Positions 1-9,601 of a stretch of 22,287 bases of DNA are shown piece after piece. This DNA is from Chiloscyllium plagiosum (taxonomy: Eukaryota): positions 2,232,029-2,254,315 of the forward strand of contig NC_057758.1 in NCBI RefSeq assembly GCF_004010195.1, written 5' to 3'. Position 1 is the first letter of the stretch; every line of letters begins with the position of its first letter. The notes beneath the pieces were generated by a model. That model searched no databases, was not told the DNA's origin, and was given only the letters and a program-made list of their open reading frames with translations. Both the position numbers and the translations under genes were made by a program.

Positions 1-725
1 GAGCAAAGAGACATTGGAGTGCAGGTTCATAGCTCCTTGAAAGTGAAATGGCAGGTAGATAGGATAGAGAAGAAGGCGAATGGTATGCTTTCCTTTATTG
101 GTTAGAGTGTTGAGTACAGGAGTTGGGAGGTCATGTTGCATCTGTGCAGGACATTGGTTAGGCGCCTGTTGGAAATTGTGTGCAATTCTAGTCTACTTCC
201 TATCGGGAAGATATTGTAAAACTTGAAAGATTTCAGGAAAGATTTATAAGGATGTTGCCAGGGTTTGAGGATTTGAGAAATAGGGAGAGGCTGAACAGGC
301 TGGGGCTGCTTTCCCTGGAGCGTCGGAGGCTGAGGGGTGACCTTATAGAGGTTTACAAAATTATGAGGGATGTGGATAGGATAAATAGACGAAGTCTTCT
401 TCCCTGGGGTCGGGGAGTTCAGAAATAGAGGGCATAGGTTTAGGGTGAGGGGAGAAAGATATAAAAGAGACCTAAGGGGCACCTTTTTCACACAGTGGTG
501 GTACGTGTATGACATGATCTGCCAGAGAAAGTGGTGGAGGCTGGTACAACTGCAATATTTAAAAGGCATTTGGACGGGTATATGAATTGGAAAGGTTTGG
601 AGGGATATGGGACGGGTGCTGGCAGGTGGGACTAGATTGAGTTGCGATATCTGGTTGGCATGGATGGCTTGGACCGAAGGATCTGTTTCCATGCTGTAAA
701 TCTCTATGACTCTATGACCCTATGA
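1..725 (+). mobile_element. CR1/HER1-like LINE, 3' part of ORF2 and 3' UTR (copy A)
   Basis: Homologous to 14499-15221, which is contiguous with recognisable CR1 RT motifs. Ends in a (CTCTATGA)n-type tail at about 701-725. Confidence 0.9.
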
Positions 726-1002
726 TTTAAAATGGCCTACTTAAGCACTTCATGATTTCTTGACACCTCATCTGACAGTACGACAGAAACATCACTAGCT
801 ATACCTTCTAGTTTCGTCTAAACTGAAGTTATCCATAAATCCTCAGACCACTCGACCTGCTGAGACAATTTTTCAAATGAAATAAAGAAGGCTTCAACAT
901 CTTCCTCATCAAAACATGTCAGGCATTTGACATATTTGTACATATAACTATTATTTCTTTTAATCGCTAGTCTCTTAGCTTGACTTTGCTGACTAAGTCG
1001 CA

Positions 1003-1120
1003 GTTGAAACTTTATTGCTGGAACAGCACAGCAGGTCAGGCAGCATCCAGGGAACAGGAGATTCGACGTTTCGGGCACAGGCCCTTCTTCAGGAATGAGC
1101 AGAGAGTGTTCAGCAGGAGA
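1003..1120 (-). mobile_element. Penelope-like element 3' end (pseudo-LTR) fragment
   Basis: Minus strand reads ...ctcattcCTGAAGAagggcctgtgcccGAAAcgtcgaatctcc...ccagcAATAAAgtttcaac: a hammerhead core followed by a poly(A) signal. Absent from copy B. Confidence 0.8.
1061..1096 (-). ncRNA. Minimal type I hammerhead ribozyme
   Basis: RNA AUUC-CUGAAGA-A-GGGC-CUGU-GCCC-GAAAC-GUC-GAAU: conserved CUGANGA and GAAA boxes, stem II GGGC/GCCC, stem I AUUC/GAAU, palindromic ACGU helix III, GUC cleavage triplet. Confidence 0.85.
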
Positions 1121-1440
1121 AAGTGGAAAATGAAGTGTTGTTCTTTGAACTTGCGTTAAGGAACACTGCAACAGATCTGGGACAGAAATGTTGGTGTAGG
1201 AACACAGTGGTGTGTTGAAGTGGAGGCAGTGGGAAACTCTGGGTCATGTTTTACAGACAGAGTGTAGGTGTTCAGCAAAGCGGTCATCAAATCTGTGTTT
1301 CATCTCCCCCGATATACAGGAGACCACATTCTGAGCAGTGAATGAAATAAATGAGTTGAGAGAAGTGCAGGTAAGCTGCTGCTTCACCTGGAAGGTGTGC
1401 CTGAGGCCTTGGATACTGAGGTTGGAGGAAGTAAATCGGC
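1121..1440 (-). pseudogene. Penelope-like GIY-YIG endonuclease remnant
   Basis: With frameshifts translates IQGLRHTFQVKQQLTCTS / IYFIHCSECGLLYIG / EMKHRFDDRFAEHL ... HFN ... RKFKEQHFIF, matching the PLE GIY-YIG pattern. Confidence 0.85.
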
Positions 1441-1845
1441 AAGTAAGTCACCTTGTGCAAGACCAACCCCTTCCCACAAACGTCACTTCAATATATTAGC
1501 CTGTTTCCAGGACACACCATGTAATTCCTTAAAAGTTCAGTTTTACTTGTGTCATTGGTTCAACCCAAATGTGACATATCTGCTAATTCTAAAAGGATGA
1601 CCATTTTCTTTCCTTCTAAAAATTTTTGGTGAGTCTGAGAATATTCTTCAAATCCCAGACTCTCTTAACAATTTTAAGAGTGATTTCTCTCATTTCTTAT
1701 TTAATCAATGATAAGTCACTGAAAGTAAATAAGTTGCCTCACCGACGTTTTATTTAATGACCTAGGACACTCACCTGTACCTGTTTACATTTGCCGTGAG
1801 TTTTCGGACACCCAAACCTAATCAAATCTGTTTCAATCATTTCAA

Positions 1846-1863
1846 ATCACGGACGGGCCCCCA
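1846..1863 (-). promoter_or_regulatory. Primer-binding site, tRNA-Pro (copy A)
   Basis: Minus strand TGGGGGCCCGTCCGTGAT, 16/18 match to the tRNA-Pro PBS TGGGGGCTCGTCCGGGAT, 3 nt inside the LTR end. Confidence 0.88.
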
Positions 1864-1866
1864 AAC

Positions 1867-2493
1867 TGTAAAGACACGGTGTAACCTCCTCTGCTCAATT
1901 TAACGCAGTAACAAAGGAAATATTTATTCCGTGCAGTAGACTGGGCCAAGGACTAAAGTAAAAATTAACAACTTTATTTCTTAAAGTATAATGAAGAATA
2001 ATTAACTAACAACTATTTACGACTACTTCCTCTAATCTAATGTTCACCTTTGCTTCTGTAATACTAGTCCAATAAAACTTATAATTAAGATTTATAAGAC
2101 AAAACTTTTTATCTCAAAACCCGGCAGCATTCATTTCATTGAAATATCGCTGTCTTCTTTTCTTCTGCTTGGGGATTCTGGTTCAAAGATTACTGATCGA
2201 TAAATGTATCTTTCCGAGAGTTATCATTCGGACAGTCTTTTTGCATGTGATATCTTGGCAATTCCCCTCTCAATTGTTCAATTTTCCCTGGTCTTATAAG
2301 CCCAAAGCATCGAATTATCTCATTGGCTTTTAAGATTGCAACATACTCAAATCAATGTGATTGGAATTTGGTATTTTTGGTGTACAATTTAAACTGATAG
2401 ACGAATTCGAATTGTAAAATCTCCAGCACTCGGTGTGCTTGCTAAGTCCTTCACCCTCTTAATTTTATGGTACACGTCTATACCGTCATAGCA
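1867..2493 (-). repeat. Gypsy 5' LTR (copy A)
   Basis: TGTAAAG...ATAGCA termini, adjacent to the PBS. Last 47 nt are homologous to the 3' LTR stub at 9371-9417. Confidence 0.85.
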
Positions 2494-3182
2494 TTTGCAG
2501 CCACAACATGATGACCCAACTCCAGTATTCAATATTCTGCCCAATGAAGGCAAGCCTGCCTAATGCCTTCTGCACAACCCTATCTATGATGCCACTTTCA
2601 ACGAACCGTGCACCTGTACCCCTCAGCTTTCTATTCGATAATGCTACACATTCTGTTCACAATGTAAATCATGCCATAGTTGGTCTTACAAGATTCAGCT
2701 CCTCACATTTATCTGCATGAAGCCCCGTTTTCCATTAAGTGGCTCACTGGTACTGTTGATGAAAATCTCATTGTCTTCTTAGATGACCTTCTTGACTATC
2801 CACTATAACATCAGTTTGGGTGACATCAAAAATTGCTATCAATGGTTCTCATATTCTCATCCAAATCTTTTATGAAAATAACAAACAATAATGGACCCAG
2901 CACTGGACCTTGTGGCACGCTGGTCATAGGCCTTCTGTTGGAACAAAATCTTCCATCAACCTCTTATTCCTACTGTCCATCCAATTTTGTGTTTAATTAG
3001 CTCGCTCTCCCTGACTCTCTGTAATCAAACCTTACTTACCATTCTACCACGGGTAACTTTGTTGGGTCTCACTAACGTGCACGTAGACAATGTATGCTGC
3101 TTTACATTCATCTTACCTTCTTTGTCACCTCTTGAAAAATTGCAATTAAGTTTGTGAGATGCAACTTCCCACACGTACAAAA

Positions 3183-3497
3183 GCGACACAGTGGCTCAGT
3201 GTTTAACACTGCTGCCTCATAGCGCTAGGAGCCCTGGTTCGATTCCCACCTCCAGCGACTGCCTCTGTGGAGCTTGCACATTTTTCCGGTGAGTCAGTGT
3301 GGGATTTCTCTGGTTTCTTCCCATCATCCAAAAATGTGCAGGTCAGGTAAATCTTCCGTGCTAAATCTCCCATAGATTTAGGTGCATTAGTCACAGTGAA
3401 TGTAGGGGAATGGCACTTGATGGGTTAGTTCTCACAGGGCAAGTGCGGACTTAATGGGACTGTTTCCATACTGTAGGGAATCTACTCCAATCTAATC
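3183..3497 (+). mobile_element. HE1-like tRNA-derived SINE (copy A)
   Basis: Pol III A box tggctcagtg (about 3192) and B box ggttcgattcc (3236-3246), central gtgcaggtcagg core, and a 3' ctgtttccatactgta shared with the CR1/HER1 3' end. Confidence 0.88.
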
Positions 3498-3692
3498 AAA
3501 GTCTATGCTGATTCTCCAAAATCTGTCCTTGCCTTACTGAATGCATGACAAACCTATCTGTCAGAATCTCGTCAATGCACTTACGCACCACTGAAATCAG
3601 AGTCGCTCATCTGTTGTTCTTTGGGTGTTCGTTCCAGCCTTGATAAAAATAATGTTATAAAATTAGTATACCAGTCCTCCAGTCCCTGAAAT

Positions 3693-3815
3693 CAAATGAA
3701 TTATGGATGATCTAAATCAGAAACAAAAATAGAACTTGCATGAAAAGATCATCTGTGCAGAGAAATCAGAGGTCAAGTTTTGGAACCAGCGACCCTTCCT
3801 CAGAACTCTGAGGAA
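3693..3815 (-). mobile_element. Old Penelope-derived pseudo-LTR fragment with degenerate hammerhead (copy A)
   Basis: Minus strand agttCTGAGGAagggtcgctggttccAAAActtgacctctg, with GAAA decayed to AAAA. Ends in the inverted repeat ttcctcaga-ac-tctgaggaa (3796-3815). Confidence 0.65.
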
Positions 3816-4358
3816 TGATCCAAATAGCTCAGCAAGAACTCTTCCATTTTCTTCCCGAGATTACCAGAACGACCTGGGAAAGACTTGAGCTGGTCCCGGG
3901 TATTTATGTACGGTTAAGCATTTTAAGACCTGTGGCACTTCTACTTCTGTAATGTGATCTTGTTTCAAAACATCACTACCTGTATATATAATTACACGTT
4001 GCTGAGTTTCCATGCCTTTACCCAGAGTAAATACTGCCACGATATATTAATGTATGTCTTCATCCATTGAACAGGAATAGGCAGCATAGTGGGATCAAGT
4101 CGAGTCCTTGGGAGAAGTGTGAACCGAGCATGGCGAGGCAATTTTGGACGGTGCTGTTGAAATGCTAACTGCGTTTCAGTGTTTTTTTTTTCGTTTTCAA
4201 AGTTGTTTTAAGGACTGTAAGGTTTCGCATTTTAACTTTGTTTCCTTTATTTTTCTGCTTTGTATCAAAGTTCTGAATGGGGCGCAAAATTGTAGCCAAG
4301 CTGGTGTCACATTTGTCCAGTCGTAAACTTTTTACTATGGCAAGAAACAAAATTTACA

Positions 4359-5016
4359 TATTAATAAATTTCAGTCCGAGTCAAATTCTGAAGCAGCAAA
4401 TTTTATTGATACGTACTTGCAAGAACGGGTGACTAACGAGTAAGCACCGGGATCTGAGGGTTACATTCTGAGTTATGCCGTTCAGCTGCGTCTCTCGGTC
4501 CTCCCCTTTCACCACACTGGTTACTTTTACTGTAACGCGTAGCCTATCACAAGCTCTAGCTTCACTCCACCTTTGTCTAGCTTCTCTCAGCCTCTGTTTA
4601 CTTCTCCCATTACTCTAAGCCTGTCGCCCCTTACTCTTATTTATCTATTTCCTTATATGTGACTATCCTGGCATAGTTTGCTGTCTTCGTGCGATCATCC
4701 TGTCAAACAAAATTCCTTCTGTTGACCACACATCCTGAGACTGGCACATTATTCTCCTGTTACTGGTACATCCTGCTACACGGTCACTCTGCCCTATTAG
4801 TCATAGATAATTCTATGTGTTTTCGCTTCTTTTGTTTTCCTATGCCTGGTACATCCTGTTACACGGTCACACTGCCCTATTAGTTATAGATAATTTTACC
4901 TGTTTTCGCTTCTCACTGTCTAGTATTTGCATGCACAGCCTAATTTTATAATGTAAGCTTTTGCAGAAGCAATACCTGTTCCCTTATTCTGCACAATCTC
5001 AACCCTATACCTGACA
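4359..5016 (-). repeat. ERV 3' LTR (copy A)
   Basis: Starts TGTCAGG directly after the PPT. AATAAA at 4402-4407 (minus). Two 68-nt U3 repeats at 4763-4830 and 4846-4913. Far end inferred (…ttaaTA in place of CA). Confidence 0.78.
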
Positions 5017-5034
5017 GTCCGCCCTTTTCATCTT
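5017..5034 (-). promoter_or_regulatory. ERV polypurine tract
   Basis: Minus strand aagatgaaaagggcggac between the env stop and the LTR TG. Copy B reads agaagaaacgggcggat at about 19366-19383. Confidence 0.75.
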
Positions 5035-5039
5035 GGCTA

Positions 5040-6890
5040 CTAAGTGTTGTCTTCTGCATTTGTCTCATACGTTGCCTTCCTGTTCGCTAGCATCATCCCT
5101 GTGTATTCATTTATAGTGGCCAATTTCTTAAGGTCACCCATCCCCTCATTGTTCAAGTCCCTCTGCCTGATTACCTTTTAGAGGCATTTGTTTTGCCAAG
5201 GGCGTCTCAATTACCTGTTGGGTTAACCTCCCGTATACAAGGTCTGATACAACAGCCAATTGCTGTCAGTACCCCTGCTACCACTATCAGGGAGGTGAGG
5301 GTGGAGACGACCACGCATTTCCACTTCCCAAACCATGATTGCAGCCATCCTATGAGTGATGTGTCCACTCTTGAATTCTCAGCCAGTTCTTCCGCCAAGG
5401 TGGTCAATCCTCGCAGGGCTCAAGAGATTGACCCATCAGGTGCTGTATTATTTGGAATAAAGGTACAACAGCTACCTCCTAACATCACACATACACCCCA
5501 TTTTTCGGCTAGGATCAGATCTGAGGCAAGTATGTTTTCCCACGCCATTCTGCTAGTTGCATCAAGTTGCTCGGAAATACCCTTGACCGCATCTCTAGTA
5601 TAATTGATGAATCTTTGCTGGTTGTAAAAAATATAGTATATCCAATCCACATTCTTGTTGACCATTACCCACCAAAATAGGGACGATTCAAAACCTGTTG
5701 CAATCTGGTTGCAGGACTTGAACTCATCGGGGGCCCCTCGAGGAACTCCTATAGAGTTGAGATAAATCCTATCGTCAAAGGAAGTATCTAATAACTCATC
5801 CCATTCTTTACTACTACCATCTTCTCCTTGTCAAATGCCAAGGCGAATGTGATTGCCAATTGCACATATCCCTCTCCAGTCAGGAGGTAGGGTAGGTCGC
5901 AATATTCTGCCTCCACAGTACCACCAGATGTCTGCCCAGGGAACCCTGAGTGCTGAGTAGTTCCCTCCTTTGACTGTTTCGGTGTCATTCTAAATTTCTA
6001 CACATAACCTCAGCTCCCTGAAGTCTCTAGACCGAAGTGTACCCTGTCGGCTTATACAGGATGTGAGATTCCCGATCGTGGTCAAACACTGGGGGGGGGA
6101 GCTTTCAAATCTGTCTTCTGCAAGGGAGGGAACATTAGCGATAGGGATGTACAATTCCTATCATTCCATGCAGTCTTATCCTGATACATTCCTGTTTTGG
6201 TTCTATCTGAGCGGAAAGGAGACTATGTGGGCAACCGGTCTACCGGAGGCACATGCATAGCAATTGATTCTATTCAGAGTTTTAACAGTGCACTTTACCC
6301 ATTCAATCCAGGCATTTGCGTGCTCGTTTCCGGTTTCTATTTCAATGGTCTGTTTCAAGTCATTAACTTCTATAATTTTTACCACCTTTGAGTCATTGCG
6401 AGGTGCAAAAGGATCTATCTTATTATCAAGTTATTATCAAACGGCTCGCTTTCCGTTTCCTACGGCTATTCGGAAACAGCAGCCCGAAAAGCACTTCCCA
6501 GTGGCAGCCAATACTATCTTTAAATCGTTACTAAGGAGTCGAGACCCGTTTTTACGGGGAAAGGAGTCTTCAGAAGAGGTATTTCTAATGGTGAGATATA
6601 TCGGGTGGCACTTGTTATCAGAACAGTCTCGGGCTGGGCGAAAGGGGGCTCTATGGATAGTGATGCCAGGTAGCGGTTTTTGCAAACCATACCTTGCGTC
6701 CGGTAGGGTCTTACGAAGGATTTCGGAGGAAATATACTCCCTCTGATACTTTACATCTGCGCATTCTACTAGACTGCGACCTCTATTACTTGCGGATATT
6801 CAGACTCAAGGACGGCTAACAACAAATATGGAGTTAAAAGCATCGTTTGACAAAATCACAAGAAAGCTAATATGATAACTATAACTATAA
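5040..6890 (-). pseudogene. env: Gamma-type envelope glycoprotein pseudogene (copy A)
   Basis: SU CXXC motif (NCYAC), TM heptad region NKNVDWIYYIFYNQQRFINYTRDAVKGISEQL, ISD-like WENILASDLILA, CX6CC (CVMLGGSCC), hydrophobic anchor LIVVAGVLTAIGCC. Several stops and frameshifts. Confidence 0.95.
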
Positions 6891-6987
6891 TCCTATAATA
6901 GTATTAAAGGACCGAGAGATTTAACGTGCAATACGATATATAGATAACAAAAAGAAACTACCCCGCGTCCGCATAAACATCAGTTAC

Positions 6988-8470
6988 TTAAAGCCTTTTG
7001 AGTCTGAGTTTCAGTGGTTCTTCCATCAATTCGGCTGTTCAGACTTCTTTCTTAACAGGGGATTCCACCGGTCATTTAGCCCTGGTGTAGTGAGTCCAGC
7101 CTTTCTCCGTCATGCGTATCGCCGTTTCAGTAGTTAAAAGAGCCTAGTACGGTCCCTCCCAATCCGGCTGCAATTTAGTTTCTGTCCATGACTTAATTAG
7201 AATCCAATCTCCCGGCCGGATGGGATGAACGGCGAATTCAAAGGGCAGAGTTTGTGCCAGTAATCCTTGTCTCCTAAGTAAAGACAAAGAGGAGGACAAG
7301 CCCAGTATACACTTCTTTAAGAACAGATCTTTAGTCTCTAGGATTGGCAGTTCCCCTTTCGATCCCAGATAGGGCAGGCCAAACAATATCCCAGAAGGGG
7401 ACAGTCCCATATCTTTCCTTGTGGCCGCTCGCACTTGCAAAAGGGCTTTGGTAAACACTTAGTCCAAGGGAGTCTGGTTTCTACTATTAATTTAGATAAC
7501 TGCTTCTTGAGTGTCTGATTCATTCTCTCAACATTTCCTGATGAAGGTGGGTGCCAAGGGGTGTGGAACACCCAAGAGATTCCTAACCCCTTCATCACTG
7601 CCTGGAGTACCCTGGAAGTAAAATGAGTTCCCTGAACCGAATCTATACATTCCACTGTCCCGTATCTGGGGATTAATTGTTCAAGAATTATCTTGGACAC
7701 CCCACTTGCGGTGGCAGTGGCGAAAAGGTACGCTTCCACCCATCCAGATAGGTGATCAACCATTACCAGTACATACCTCAGTCTTTCCACTCGGGGTAAT
7801 TCGGTATAATCTACCTGAGTGCTCTGAAATGGTCGGAGCCCAGGTTCTATACCCCTACTGTTTATCAGTCCCCTCTCCTGCCACATCTTCCCAAATGTGC
7901 GTGCCACCCGATGGCATACTTAGAATCTGTTTATACAGTTCTTTCTTTGCCTTCCAAGGTCTTAAGGGCCCTTCCTAGTGCATACAGTTCGCAAGTCTGT
8001 GGTGACCAATCATTGGTTAATCAACTAGCCTCAAGAATACTCCCCTCTATTCCATCCTTTACTGTTATCCATTGTGTCTTTTACCTTCAATCACTCTGGA
8101 GGACCCATCAATGAACAGCCTGGCCCCTGCATGTAGAATATAACTCTAAGGTCCATTTTTACTTTAGTCTGATATTTTATAATGTCAAGGCAGTCATGTT
8201 CTGGGTCTGAGAGAGCTTCATCCTTCCCTTTCCAGAGAAAGGTAGCTGGATTCAGACAAATGTCTGTGATCAATGTAAGGTCATCCCTTTCTATTAGAAT
8301 TGCTTCGTATTTTAGAACTCTAGAGTCCATAAGCCAACGCCCTGCTTTCTGATTTAATATGGTCCGTACCTGATATGGGGTGCTGACTATTAAGGCTCCC
8401 CAAAAGTAAGTTTCCGGTTTTTTGCTATCAATAAGGCTGTTGCTGCCACTGCCTGCACACACTCTGGCCA
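6988..8470 (-). pseudogene. pol: ERV pol remnant: tether, RNase H, integrase
   Basis: WPECVQAVAATA, HDCL, LFIDGSS, WSPQTCELYAL, YTDSKYA; integrase QVDYTELP, WVEAY, WHPPSSGNVERMN and WEGPY. Frameshifted and internally deleted. Confidence 0.95.
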
Positions 8471-8610
8471 GTAATGTAGCTGTCCATTCTTTAATTAACA
8501 ATGAATTGATACAGTCATGTTTTAAATTAGCTATGAATCAATATAATAGGTCACTGAGAATGTGTGAAGGAACCCTGCCAATTAATATTGAGTCAGGCTA
8601 ATACAATTGG

Positions 8611-8668
8611 TTTATTATAAATATTATATATATATATATTATTTATTATAAATATTAATTAATATTAT
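8611..8668. repeat. AT-rich low-complexity tract with (TA)n
   Basis: tttattataaatatta at 8611-8626 and 8642-8657 flanks a (TA)n run. Confidence 0.8.
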
Positions 8669-8870
8669 CTAAATAAAATAATCATTATGTGTTATTCAGG
8701 ATGGAAACACAAGTGACTAAAACATTTTAAAAACTGTAATTGCGCAGTTCTGTTTGTTTACCAGTCACTTCTCATTCTGTTTCTGTAATTGTTTTGCTCA
8801 AGCACATTCATTTTTCAAAACCTCAACAGATTCTATAGCACCATTTGCAGTTAATTTCAATTCCCAGTTT

Positions 8871-9370
8871 NNNNNNNNNNNNNNNNNNNNNNNNNNNNNN
8901 NNNNNNNNNNNNNNNNNNNNNNNNNNNNNNNNNNNNNNNNNNNNNNNNNNNNNNNNNNNNNNNNNNNNNNNNNNNNNNNNNNNNNNNNNNNNNNNNNNNN
9001 NNNNNNNNNNNNNNNNNNNNNNNNNNNNNNNNNNNNNNNNNNNNNNNNNNNNNNNNNNNNNNNNNNNNNNNNNNNNNNNNNNNNNNNNNNNNNNNNNNNN
9101 NNNNNNNNNNNNNNNNNNNNNNNNNNNNNNNNNNNNNNNNNNNNNNNNNNNNNNNNNNNNNNNNNNNNNNNNNNNNNNNNNNNNNNNNNNNNNNNNNNNN
9201 NNNNNNNNNNNNNNNNNNNNNNNNNNNNNNNNNNNNNNNNNNNNNNNNNNNNNNNNNNNNNNNNNNNNNNNNNNNNNNNNNNNNNNNNNNNNNNNNNNNN
9301 NNNNNNNNNNNNNNNNNNNNNNNNNNNNNNNNNNNNNNNNNNNNNNNNNNNNNNNNNNNNNNNNNNNNNN
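8871..9370. other. Assembly gap, exactly 500 N
   Basis: Run of n from 8871 to 9370; the round length suggests a scaffolding placeholder. Confidence 0.99.
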
Positions 9371-9417
9371 TCCTTCACTCTCTTAAGGGTACAGTACACT
9401 CCTGCACCTTCATAATA
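9371..9417 (-). repeat. Gypsy 3' LTR stub, cut by the gap
   Basis: tccttcactctcttaagggtacagtacactcctgcaccttcataata aligns 34/47 to 16669-16715. Purine-rich aagaacgagg lies just upstream on the minus strand. Confidence 0.75.
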
Positions 9418-9601
9418 CCTCGTTCTTAAGAAAAAAGAATAATGAATCCTTATAATGAATGGATGGCTTCAATTTTATTCAAATTAATCACTTTACCCTA
9501 ACATGCAGGTGACTTTCATATAAGTTCACCTTAACTTCTTCTCACATACCTGCATTATATATAGCATTAAATAAATGCAAACATAATCTAAAGTGTATCA
9601 G

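Larger units (their letters stand above)
726..1693 (-). pseudogene. gag: Gypsy (Gmr1-like) gag N-terminal part, copy A, disrupted by the 1003-1500 patch
   Basis: Translates FDEEDVEAFFISFEKLSQQVEWSEDLWITSV, typical of Gypsy gag. Homologous to 15222-15910. Probable start ATG at 1693. Confidence 0.8.
2494..4070 (-). mobile_element. Old, decayed CR1-like LINE ORF2 fragment (copy A), host of SINE and PLE insertions
   Basis: Minus strand remnants such as ITEVEVPQVLKCLTVHKYPGPAQVFPR (about 3870-3955) and, in copy B, GIIDRVVQKALGRLAFIGQTIEYWSWVIM parallel CR1 ORF2. Right boundary approximate. Confidence 0.75.
1..6902 (+). repeat. Segmental/tandem duplication, copy A (paralog of 14499-21281)
   Basis: Position 1 aligns to 14499 (gagcaaagagacattggagtgc vs gagcacagagtcattggagtgc). 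Colinear, with identical TE junctions, up to atcctataatagt at 6902/21281. Hand count: 15 mismatches in the first 240 nt. Confidence 0.97.
4359..8470 (-). mobile_element. Class I (gamma/epsilon-like) endogenous retrovirus, 5'-truncated: partial pol, env, PPT, 3' LTR (copy A)
   Basis: Tether, RNase H, integrase, env, PPT and LTR occur in canonical order on the minus strand. No gag, pro, RT core or 5' LTR in the window. Confidence 0.93.

Noticed and set aside
102..692. 196-aa minus-strand ORF and its paralogs at 14600-15188
   Set aside because: Antisense shadow of the CR1 ORF2 3' region; broken in copy B.
818..1171. 117-aa ORF fusing PLE sequence to gag as a novel chimeric gene
   Set aside because: Chance read-through across an insertion junction, with a non-ATG start and a premature stop in gag.
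3183..3255. tRNA gene
   Set aside because: The A and B boxes belong to the SINE head and continue into SINE body and LINE-derived tail; no convincing cloverleaf.
4763..4913. CRISPR-like repeat-spacer array
   Set aside because: Only two 68-nt units, inside a retroviral U3 in eukaryotic DNA, with no cas genes.
8611..8657. 16-bp direct repeat around (TA)n as a transposon footprint
   Set aside because: Pure A/T sequence, where slippage explains it equally well.
8754..9429. Long ORFs spanning the N run
   Set aside because: Artefacts of translating the gap.
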